A stretch of DNA of 64,000 nt from Lama glama. Its lineage: Eukaryota. How positions within the stretch are numbered: the stretch's first letter is position 1; each line of letters opens with the position of its first letter. The translations under genes and the position numbers were made by a program. This document shows positions 40,171 to 51,970 of this stretch, in pieces. The DNA is taken from assembly GCA_028534125.1 (NCBI GenBank), contig CM052818.1:20090001-20154000 (forward strand). The letters are read 5' to 3'. Below the pieces are notes generated by a model that searched no databases, had not been told where the DNA came from, and worked only from the letters and a program-made list of their open reading frames with translations.

Positions 40171-42759
40171 TACAGGAGAGGCAACTTATGGGGACGGTGC
40201 GTGTGTGTGTATGCACACACACTTTTGTGGTCTCCCTAACTACCCTTGTGCTAAAATCTCCCTCCAAGCACTTTGGGGAGCACTGTCCTCCTCCCTCAGG
40301 GCCCAGGCACCGCTGGGTGACGTCTGCACATCCCTGTCCTCCCTCCACATCCTGCTCTCCATCCATCAGCGTCAGGGAGCTGCCCCCGCGCTGGGGCAGC
40401 CATTCAAGAATCAAGGAAATATTATGCAAGAGCACAGGAAGTCAGAGGAGACAGGATTCTGGGCAGGCCTGGCAAGGAGTCTGTGTGAACTCCAGTGAAC
40501 AAGCGGACTTTGCTCAGCGGGGCCGAAGCCAGCAGCAAGCCTTCCCAGGGCGGCAAGGGAGAACCGTCCACCTCAGGTCTCTGGCCAGTGGGCGGCCATC
40601 CAGAACTTGATGTACCTGATGTAAGGCAGATAAACCCAAATCCCAATATTTCTACTTTTTTTTGGCCCAAGTTCAAGGTGACTCCCCAGCCCTCATGCAC
40701 CGTGACTCACCTCTGTCCCACATCGCTCTCCCCCTCCCCCCAAAGACAACATGACTCCATTCAGCAATGTTCAAGCCTGTTACTCTCAAGGCCACCAGCT
40801 TTCTAACTCAGTCTCCTCTCTCGCTGCCTCAGACCAAAGGACTCAGTAATTTCAGCTAGCTTGTGGTGATCACCCCTGAGTACCCAGATACATTCATTCA
40901 TACACACACACATAAACATACATACATGTATATATGAATCATAGAAGTAATAACCCCTTTTTCTTTTGCAGCAATTTATATTTTCCAAGCCCCATTCCAA
41001 TTGGCAGGGCAGGGATTACGCAGCTTCTGACAGATGTGGAAATGGAGGCTCAGAGGGAGGGTGTGACAGCTGTAGCACGATGGTGTCGGGGTTGGAAGCC
41101 AGGTCATGGCATCATCTTCCAATAAAAAATACCTGATGAGAGAAATAAGAGAGGAAGCGTGCTCCTCTCCTTCTGGGTAATGTATTTCACTCCTGTTATC
41201 CGAGCCACATCCAGCTGGATTACATACATGTCAAAAGAAAACCAAATGTAAATGCGGTAGTGACATTTCAGTCTTATAATGTCTTAGCTTCCTTTGAAGC
41301 AAAAATTTTTTTAAAAATCCATGTTAAAAAAGAAGAAAAAAGTTAGGACTTGTTACTGATCTCGCGGTTGAATAGTTGAGGATGCCTAATTCTGAAAGTA
41401 GCAAGCTAAATTATGCACTGCCAAAAGTGACATGTCTCATAACTACACCATCCCGTCTATAGTGGCATGGTTTGAGCTTTTTAGCTAAAATATGCTCCCA
41501 GAAAACCTAATAAAAGGAAGCAAAAATATTTCTGTTTATATCAAGCTGCCATTTGAGAAAAATATGTTTTATTGTTTTAAAGTGTGTTCATTTTAAAATA
41601 TGTTCTTCCCTATGTGTAAACCTGACAGCTCTCATTCACCCCAGCAGCCCACCTTCTTCTTCCCTGGTGTTAAGAGATGAGGCTCAGCTGTTTCCCTTTG
41701 TAGAAATCCCTGGGCAGCACACATTCTGTCTCATCTCGACCCGCTTCCTCCCTGGGGTGGGGGTAGGGGGGCACCTGCTGCTGTATAGGAGAGAGTCCGG
41801 CCCCTGCTCTCTGGCATCATGCCATGGCCAGCAGTGATTTCCAGATCTCTGCCCCTCTCCACTTCAACAGAACCTCCTCTCAGAGAGGGGACAGTTACAG
41901 GGGAATTGGAAATGCTTTCTCCAAACCCCAACCGATCACCTTTAACCTCCCATCGTCCTTCCCTAAGGAAGCACCAGGAAACAGGATTCAGGACCAGGAT
42001 CCACTTGGAATTCACTTCACAATGGAACTGGAACCCTAGGAGGGATCTTTTGAGTTGATCTTGCCTAGTTCCCATCTACTAGCCCATCTTAAAGATGGAG
42101 AAACTGAGGTCCAGAGGTCACCTGGAAGGTTAGCACTCCTCCTTCCTTTCCACCAGCCACAGGAATTCCACTAGACACACAACAGGACATTTCCCAAAAA
42201 GAAAGTGCTTAGATGTAGTGGTGGGATAGACAGGACTGGGCAGAAATGGGACTGAGGTCCTAGGACCGCCCCCCGACCTCCTTTGCCTCTGGAAGCAGGC
42301 TGTGGTATTCTAACACACAGGACCAGCCACGTAGGGAATGACACCCACCCAGTCACTGCCTCTGGCCCGACAATTGCTAATTGTGGTGAGGACCAACATT
42401 GGTGTTCTCCTGGGACTCTGTTGTATATTTCCAGTCGCCACCAACACACAATGGCCCCTACTTCTCTGGTGTAAACATTGCTAAATAAGATAAACAACAT
42501 CACCACGACAGAAAAATAAGGTGCCCAGAGAGACAGCATGGGTCAGCGGAGAGAGGCTGGGGCCAGGGGTCTGCTCACATAGACTCTTCAGCTCTCTGGC
42601 TGTGCGATCACATTTTTACACCTCAACTGTCTCATCCATACAATGAGAATGGTAAGAACTTTACATCGTGAGCTTTGGGAAAGAAGCAAGCACTGAGCAA
42701 ATGTAAGAAATGATAATGCAAAGTTGAGGACAAAGACCCAGTAACCCTGGATTAATTAT

Positions 42760-43010
42760 ATCACTTAACAAATATTTAAGAAGCACCTAACAGGTACCCA
42801 GCACTGTCGCAAACACTAAGGACACAGCAGCCGGGTCCCCGCCCTCAAGGAGCTTACAAACTAGGAGGGAGCAACAGGTAATAAACAAAGTGAATTAAAG
42901 CATGTGGGAAACGTCTAAAAAACAGGAGAAGAGGGATGGAGGGCTAGAGGTTAACTGAGGAAGGATGGGATAAGCTTCTTGAGGAGGTGATATTTAAGCT
43001 GAGACCTAAG
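42760..43010 (-). mobile_element. L2 LINE 3' fragment
   Basis: 'aacaaatattta...gcaccta...ccagcactgt...gccctcaaggagcttaca...gaggaggtgatatttaagctgagaccta'. Confidence 0.75.
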
Positions 43011-43865
43011 GCCCCCGTGCGTTGTCCAGCCTGAGGTGAGGCCGAGGCAAGGGTCAGCTCAGGCACAAGAGGTGTCAGGGATGCTGCAGATGACAGACAT
43101 GAGGCCAGACCTGAGTGATCTGCCAAGCCTTGTGGTCACTATATAGCAGAACCAGGCTCTTCACACCCAAAGCCTCTTACACTACCGGTAAGACCAGGAA
43201 GCCCAGGTATTTCTAGGTGCCAGAGTGCCCCTCATTTCTGTACCTCCCAGTAAGTTGTCTGACTTTATAAACATCTTGCACCTGGCACTTAGTCCCCTCG
43301 CGGGCCCACAATTAGGTCTTGCTTGTAAGACAGAGAGCAACAAGTAGCACCTTAGCAGAGGTGGTCTGGCTATAGCACTTTAGGTCTAGAGACCTGATGG
43401 TGCTGAATCCAAGGGTTGGCAAATTCCCACTCATAACACGATAGCACCTGGCATGGCCCCTCCGCTCACAGGTGAGGGCAGAACAGGCCAGGCGTGGAAA
43501 GGGGCACATTGGAGGTCAGAGCATTTTTCAAGGGTCCTGGAAGTTCCCTTGGTCTCTTGGTGTTATCAGATTTCCCCACATCTCAGAAGAGGGAGAAATA
43601 AAACTCATGCCCTAAAATCACTACTAGCAAGAGCCCATAATCCTAAAAAGGCCAGCTTGAAGGCGGGGGTTGGGGGGTGGATTTAAAGGTCTGAGAGCAA
43701 AAGGTATCTCCTTTTTTAGATTCTGCTGAGACTCCCTCCCAACTGCAGATTGCTCCAACAGGTAATGATGTGCCAAATGCTTATACTGCTGTGCTTGTTA
43801 ATAATGGTGCCTTAATGGTCTGTACTTTATACTTTTCAAAGGTCCTTCTATTGAGATAATGGTTA

Positions 43866-43966
43866 CAAAAATGATTTTTAAAGTATAACATGCTTTTGAA
43901 ATGCACGATTTTACTGAAACTCTAGCTCATTTCAAACTTATAATCATGGTACTCTTAGAAAGCGGT
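43866..43966 (+). repeat. 101-bp dispersed direct repeat, copy 1
   Basis: 94/101 identical, ungapped, to 44808-44908. Confidence 0.95.
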
Positions 43967-44807
43967 TAGTGTGTCTAATCCCCATTTAGGAATGAGAAAC
44001 ATGCAAAGAGGTTAAATTACCTTTCTAGGTCACACAAGTCAGGAAAAGATCTAGAACAGCCTCTCAGAGACCTAGAGATTTTTGAGAGGTTTTCTGAACC
44101 TTAGGTGGAGGCTTTGCCAGGGACACAAAAGAAGTCAAAGGTGGCCCTAGGGGCATTTACAATCTGTTTGGCAAGACAAGGGGTAAGAAATATGGAACTC
44201 TTGTGGTCATTCCCTGATACTAATTCTGGAGGCAAAGGAATTCAAGTGGGTGAAAGTTTGTCCCTTTCCAAAATAAACATGTACTCTGCCTTGGCTCAGA
44301 AGGTCTAACTCAGGAGAATTAAGTTACGTCATCACCCTTGTAGTACTGGATCCTCACAAGGGGCTACAGGTGGCCCAGGATCACAAGACTTATGTTGATG
44401 TGAGTGTGGGAAATGGTTCAAAGGTGCTCAAATGAACAGCTTGGGAAAGAAAGAATTGACGTTCACGGTCGTCCCAAACTCCTTTCGGCCTGGGTTCTCT
44501 CCAGTCACCAGGATTTCTCAAGGCCGAAAGCTGGCCAGCAGCTGCCATGACCACACCCCAACCAGGTGTGCCCAGGCTCCAGCACATCACTAACCCAGGT
44601 TTGCTAGGTGTTCAGTGGAGGCAAAATTATTATTTTTCAAAAGGAAATTTTACATTGGAAAGGAAGAGGAAAGAAAACAAACAAAAAGAAAACAAAAACA
44701 GACAGAGGCAGACATGTTGAGCTCACAGGTTTCCTACCCTAACGGTGTCGGCACAGACGAGGTGATTAGATCGCCCACCTTTCCATTCCGGAGGGAACAG
44801 GAAGGTG

Positions 44808-44908
44808 CAAAAATGATTTTTAACGGGTAATATGCTTTTGAAATGCATGATTTTACTGAAACTCTAGCTCATTTCAAACTTATAACCATGGTACTCTTAG
44901 ACAGCGGT
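44808..44908 (+). repeat. 101-bp dispersed direct repeat, copy 2
   Basis: 94/101 identical, ungapped, to 43866-43966. Confidence 0.95.
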
Positions 44909-47900
44909 CAGATCACCCTCTGCTCCCTTCCAAAGGGATACCTGGAGTTGTGGGCAGGTAGATGCTAGACTCAAACTCTAGCTCTGGCTAGATTCAGGCA
45001 AACACCACTTCCTGATCTGCTGGGTTTCTTAGGACATCCTGAGGCATCCCAAGCCCCAGATAGCCCCTATGTCTGGGCTGGCTGCACTGGGCTCTGGAGC
45101 TCCTGTCACCTGCGGTCCCGGAGGACGAAGGTTCCATTCCCCTGGCCCTTCCTGGGCTTAGGCCCAAGTTCAGCAGCCTTCACAGAGTAAGTATTTAATT
45201 GTGAGCACACCACTGAATAAAGCAACCCTCTCTGGGATGGGGAACAATCTCCCAGTTTGACAACAATGTACTGATTACTGAGGGGCTGGAAAAGGAGGAA
45301 AAGATGAGACACACATTTGTCCTGATGGGACTAAATTTTAAGCCAAGAGCTTTCAGGAGCAGCAGCCTCCCTTGAAGTGCTATGCGACAGGGCATGCTAA
45401 AGCGGTTTGCTTGGCCTTTGCTGGACCCCAACGTGGGAACTTCTCCAGTGATCCCAGACGTCTGTCCAAGGCCCTGATCACAAGTGTCCAGCCATGATCT
45501 CAAGTGCTTTTAAATACCTCCAGGGGAAAGGTTATACCTGTTGGGGGAGGGAAGAGCCCCAGCTCCCCTACGCAGGTGACTCCAGAAAGATGGCTCCCAT
45601 TTACCCTGGCTACATCTGCCCAAGGTCATCAGAGCTCAGGCTTTAGGGAATGGTGTAGCCACACAACAGGAAAGGAGGAAGCCAAGGGCAGCTCACTGGC
45701 AGCTTCGCACAGGAATGCAATTACCAGTGATCAGTAGAGACCAATAAAAAGCATGGCTGCCTCTCTCCCTATATACAGTGGAGCATCAAAGGGCCTGTTC
45801 TATCTTTCTACAGTGAACAGATTCAAAAACCTAGAATCTCCAATGACAAAGGGGAAAAAAAGGATAGAATGAAAGCCCCCATCAAATTATCATGGGGACA
45901 AAGGCCTCACCATCAAAATGAGAACATGTAATGAGGGTCACTGCACCCCTCTTCAGAGCATGAGGGGAGCTATTTTACAACACAGTAAGCTGTCCCCTTC
46001 CAGTCCCCCACTGTGGACACACTGGTAGGCATTTGTTATCCTGACGTGCAATACAGCCTGAAAAGAAGTATATTCCAGAGCAACGTGGGCACATTTTTAG
46101 CCTTTGAGGCCACTCTCATGACAGCCAACCATGGCCCACTCCAACCATCCCTTGATGCTCACACTAGAGTCAAGCTCCATCTCTTACTGGAAGATAATGG
46201 AGGTACCGTGAGCAGCTCCCTTAGGTCCTCATAACTCCCAAGAGAAGCAGACACTGCTCCCATGGCCCCAAAGCAGCCCTAAGATTCCATCATAGCATGA
46301 CTCAGGGAGGACTGTCCCTAACTTCCCAACACCAGCCTGGGGCTGGTCCTCATTTCCCATCCACTAACACAGCTCCAGATGCAGCTGGGAAAGGAGCTGG
46401 CTCACCAGCCCTGGCCTGCATACCCTAATTATCCCTACCTCCTCATTTCACTCCAGCTGTTCACCCCCATGGGAATGCCCCATGCCCATCTGCCTACCCA
46501 AATTCTACCTAATCTTCAAGACCTACATCTTAATGCTTCTCCATTAAACCTCCCTCTAATCCATGCTGATCACTTCCTTTTCCAACTATTCACAACACAC
46601 AAGATCTATTTAACTTTATTCACGCTGTTACTATCAATCTTCCAGTTTGCTCAATGTTTTATCTGAGCTAGTTCTAACTTCCTGACAGCAGATTGTAAAG
46701 ATGGGGCTAGGACAACCATTACCATAAACCATCTTGCATCATTTTAAACAAATCCTTTTAGGAATTCTTTGACTCACCAACTAGACTATGAGCCTAGAGT
46801 GCAGGGTCCATCTAATACCTCTTTGTAACCTCACTACATGGCATGGCACCTGAATTTGGTAGGTAACCTAGAAATATTTACACCAGTGATGATGCTAGCA
46901 TCCCCACAAACTTCACTACTTGTGTGGTAGATGACCAAGGAGGATGGGTAAGTTGATCTGAGTAAAGGTTTCTGCCTAAGTCTCTAGGCCTCTGCACCGA
47001 AGTTTCTGACATAGATTGAAATACTGAGTCTACAGTTCCTGGGCACCAGATGTGGTCCTCTGTTCTGGGTGCTGTGGGAAGAATGAACAGAAAAATATAC
47101 CTGGGTTTTTGCCATTGAAGGGCTTTGCACTAAAGTGATGCTCAGGGAGAGATACACACACGTACAGAAAGGCAGGTTGTAAAAGCATCGTACAAGTAAT
47201 GAAATACACACTGAAGACCATATAAATACAGGGGTAACAACATGCTGCAAATCAGGAAGGCTCTACAGGGAAGATGACTTCTGAACTGAGAGCGCGCACT
47301 CCCTTACACACAATTTCCCATCTTGTTTTTTAAACTTTAACTGGGAGTACTCTGTTGTTTGGCTGGCACTTGCCTTGGTGTATTGGGCACCAAGTGAAGC
47401 ATTGACTCCACTTTACAATACTAGCCAGATGTTTGCATTTGATGTAAAATGATGTATCGACCAGACCTGCCTGTGGTCTTGTGTTTTTTTTTTCTTTTCC
47501 TTTTTATTTTTTTTAAAGGAAAATGAAAAAAGGGCTCAAGTCTGTATGAATGAGAAAAGCAGAGCCCAAGAGGCAGGCTTTCCAAGTGACCCAAGGGGAA
47601 TCGAGAAAGCAATTGTATGACCTGTTTAAATTAAGCACGATTTTAGGGACTCAAAATATGCAAGATGTTACAGGACACATCAGAAAATTAGACATCCTTG
47701 CCCTTGAGCAACATGCAGTGTTGTTGGAAAGACAAGAACACATAAAATGTCAGGAGATAACAAGGAAATATAATCAGGCAGGCTGTCTGGCAAACGTAAC
47801 CAAGAGCCAGCAAGGAGTGGAGGGGGAGGTGCCGGTGTGGGAATTACTGCAGAGGGCTTTGTAGGACTTGGGGGTCCTGGGCTCACACCAGGAAAGTGGG

Positions 47901-50052
47901 AGATATTTCTTTAGAAAGAGAAGACAGGAGGGCATCCAAGATGGAGGGACAGGGGTGAGGGAGCAGAGGTGAGAGGGAGACCACTGATGTGGGTGAATAA
48001 GCCCTTGGGGTGGAGCCAGGAGACTGGCATATTTGGGGCACAGGAGGCACTCTGGGTGACGGTGAGTGCGGTGAGGGGGCTGGAGTAGGGGGTCCCTCAT
48101 TATGAACTCCCACTGTTTTGTAGGGTGCCCTTGGGAAGGAAATTGGATCATGGATCCATGTCTTCATTCAGGCTCTGAGTGCATCTAGTTAATCCTTGGA
48201 GATCTTTAAGAGGAACACTCAAATCCACAAGAGAAACCCCTTTCCCATCCTGAAGACTCTCTGTGCTCCAAGGACTTGACAACCCTGCCTAAAATAGGGG
48301 TAGGATCAGCACCATGCAAACCTGTTCTGAGAGGCTAGGAAGGCTATTTTAGCCACCAGGCTGCTTCCCAGCCAGTCAGATAGCAGGGAAGTGCTCGGGG
48401 CACTGCTTTCCACACAACACCAGAGAGCTCTGGAGAGTGGGGTGCCACCCTGTGGACCAGGATTTCCTCAACACCGTGACCATCCCAACGGGCCTCATCA
48501 AATGGGAGGGGCGTGTCAGCTGTTCCAGGACCTGCAGAGTGAAGGCAAGGAAGCCAAAAAACTGTGAAGGAGCTGGCTCCTGTGCCCCACCCATCACCAG
48601 TTCCCCGTAAGCCCTGGCACAGAAGAAAAGACAGGCTCCTGCTGCCTGGCGATACGCTCACATTTATAGAAGCTCCCTTGTCACCAGAGAAATGTGACCT
48701 TCATACTTTTCTTATCTTAATATCTGGATAAACATGTGTTGTGCAAGCACACAAATAAAGGTTCTAAAGGTGAAATGTGGCGAGTCCGGTAACACCACAC
48801 TGCTCCGAACCCCAGCACCAGAAAGCCGTTTGGACTCTGGAGATGAATTCTCTCTCCTTCCCTACCCTGGGCACCAAAATTAGCTGCATCAGCCTCAGCC
48901 AGTGCTGGAGTGAAGGCTGCCATTCTAAAATAGATCTGAGAACTCTTGGATACACAGGAGAGAAAGAAACACAAGGGTACAGTGGTTTACAGACACTGGA
49001 GAGAGCAGTTTCACCAAAGTGCTTCTTAAACCAAATTGAGAGGAAAGGAGCATTATCAGGGTTTATTCTGGAATCTTTATAAAATGAGTGATATTCTCCT
49101 AGCTCCCCGAACCTCCATATTTTATGTAGCGTGATTTCCTCAATGAAGCATGATTGTTTTCATTCAGAAAAGGTGTAGAGGTCATATGTTCATAAAGAAG
49201 TGTTTATCAAATGACTTGTGGTTTACCTCGAATTTTTATGTCCCTAGCTTGCACAGTCCTATTATTTCTAGAATACTCTGAAAACATCATGTGTCCCATT
49301 TTCCCATACATTCGACCATCCAGAATAGATTTAAGATTTGTTTTGAAGTTCCGAAGACCGGGTTCTCAGACAGCCCTTCACATGCATAATTTTTTGTTGT
49401 TTCCACATGGAATTCATAAACAGAGCCCAGCAACCAATTTTGCATGTGTGCTTAAAGCCATTGTTTCCTGCAACAGTGTATGACTTTTTTTTCCAGGATA
49501 ATCTTTCTCAATACTCCAAAGTGCTTCGGCAACAGGAAGTCGTGATGGTAGGAAGGAGGTCTGTAAATATTTGCTACAATTACTCATTAGTAATGAGAAT
49601 AGTTAGCATTGGAGTTTGTGTCACCCTCTTTGTGCTTCTGCTCCTTCATTACCTCGTAACAGGAGCCCAAAGGCACACCTGGGTCTAGGTCTAGGCTTCA
49701 CTGTGGGCGGCGTGGTTTACTTCTTTCCACAGCTCCATTTCCCAAATATGAAATTAGGACAATGTGCTGCCCTTCCTTTCCCCTGCACTCTACCCAGAGG
49801 TGGCCAGGACAAATCTTACACAAAGGGGGAACGATAGGAAAAATTTTTATCAAGAGTAAAATACACGTTTTTGTAAGTAAAAATATTAAGAGACCGACAG
49901 AGAGAACTCTGTCTAGCTAGATACCCAGCACAGTAATTTAAATGAGTACCACCAAAAAAAATCATCATATACTGTAACTGATGTATTTTTTAAAGGACTT
50001 ATAAAATGCTTCTGAACTGTCTCAGACTGAGGCCATGCGTCTGTTCCCTTAT

Positions 50053-50110
50053 TCACAGTCATAGGTCAATTCACATTATGAACCGCTGTCTCCTCACAGT
50101 CATAGGTCAA
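50053..50110 (+). repeat. 17-bp exact direct repeat TCACAGTCATAGGTCAA x2
   Basis: Copies at 50053-50069 and 50094-50110. Confidence 0.9.
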
Positions 50111-51744
50111 GAGCAGGGAGACTCAGACCGAAAATAAGGCCAAGAGAGTCAGCTAAAGCTGCCACAGAGTTGATGGACTTCTAAGAAGACTATCACATTG
50201 GCTGTACCCCCAGCACCTGCGGGCAGCCAACACGGCGTTGGGGGTCAGGTAACCTCCAACATCACGATCGTGAGTGCAGAAGATGGATTCATTTTCCTGC
50301 TTTTATGTTTTGTTTTACAGCCTCATCTGATAAAGTCACTAATCTGTTTGATTTCTAGCACTAACCTCTCAGGTTTGACTTTTTTATTGGAGAGTGCCAT
50401 GGAGAGAGGGTGCAAGAAGTCACTGGAGGAATGTAAGAAGAAATTGTTGACAATCTGCTTCCCTGGTTCTGTAGGATTGGGAAAATTCCAGATGGGGGCA
50501 TGGCAAAGAAAAAAAAAAGATACATATATATATATAATTATTTTTTCTTTTTTAATGGGCTTGTTTTCCTTACCGACAAACTGCCCTTTCTGAAATATCT
50601 TTCCACATAAGAAAAGGAACTGCTTCCCAGAGTCATTATCTTTCACAGAAGTTACATGTAACTTTAAAGCTGAAGAATTTTTCCAAGTGAAGGGGGGGAA
50701 ATGTGCCTCCTGGGAACATATAAAGGTTCTGGTGGTCATGGCACATAATGAGCTTTGCTGATGTACAAGTGGCCCCTGGAAACAGTCTAAGGCAATCAAG
50801 CATAATAGTATTTTTTGAGAATTTAGGGGAAAAAAACAAGGCCACTGAGAAGTAGATAATATTCTGGTCCATTCTATACCTGCTCTGTGGCTCCAGAGAT
50901 CTCAAAGGGCCTGATCACTCTTCTTGATTTCATACTTACAGATCAGTTCTGTGGCTTTCAACAGCAGAACCAGAATACGGGCGACAAATTACACCCAACC
51001 TCTATTTGAAAGTCATAGGTGGTGTGAGTGGCACGCCATGCATGGCCACCACACATACAGTGAAGTGCAGCTGCCAGCGTGGCTTGCTTCTCTATTATGA
51101 TATGTTAATGCAACTGTGTTTTACAGCGCTGGAAAACTCAAGAAGCCCTTCTAGGTTTGCAGTGCAGAGGCCAATGGTGTGGTGGTTATGAAAGTTTGGG
51201 GCTCATCAGAGAAAGGGCTCCATAAAAATGCAACATATTATTATTGCAATGATCATAGCTGTTTATTCCCCCATCCATCCTTTCCTTCCTGTGCTTGCAA
51301 TTTCAAAAGATCAAAAGAGCTAGAGGAAGTGTAATGCATCTTGATTTGGAGATGGTTCTTCAGAAGCCACAGAGGAAGAACTTCCAACAGGTTCTTCTGC
51401 ACACTGGAGTCCGAAAGTTACAGTAATTATTGAAATCTTGCCACCTGTTAAGAGTGGGCGGTTGAAAACTTTGAACTTCTTGGGGGCAGTAAAGAACTAT
51501 CTATCGTCAGAGTGGAAGAAAACTCATGAAAAATAAGAATTTTCAGGGCTTCCAAGTCCACCCTTCAGGTCTTCAATCCTTGTCTGTGTGTGAGGTTCAA
51601 TATAAGTGATGAGTCACAAAAGAGGAAAGTAATTATAATAATTACAAGCACAACAACAAAAGCAGTTATCATTTATGGAGTACTTACCACGGGTCGGGCA
51701 CGGTGTTACATGCCATGTAGGCATCTTAGGTAAGGCAAGGCGGG

Positions 51745-51970
51745 ATGGATCCCTGGGTAAGAGCATAGGCTCTGGAGACACTTTGCCTCATTTGATCCCA
51801 GTCCTGCCCATACTACCTATGTGACCTTTGGCATTTCACCTTTCTATACTTCAGCCTTCCCATCAGTGAAATGGGGATAATAACAGGGCTTATCTCACAG
51901 ATTGCGATGAGGATCAAAGAGTTCAACCATGAAGGGTTCTGAGGACAGTGCCTACATAAGTAAGACTAAG
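51745..51970 (+). mobile_element. Near full-length MIR SINE
   Basis: 'taagagcataggctctggag...tgtgacctttggca...gaaatggggataataac...gaggatcaaa...acagtgcct'. Confidence 0.8.

Noticed and set aside
43866..44908. Direct repeats as LTRs or a CRISPR-like array
   Set aside because: Only two copies, no TG...CA ends, PBS or polypurine tract, no spacer periodicity, and the DNA is mammalian.
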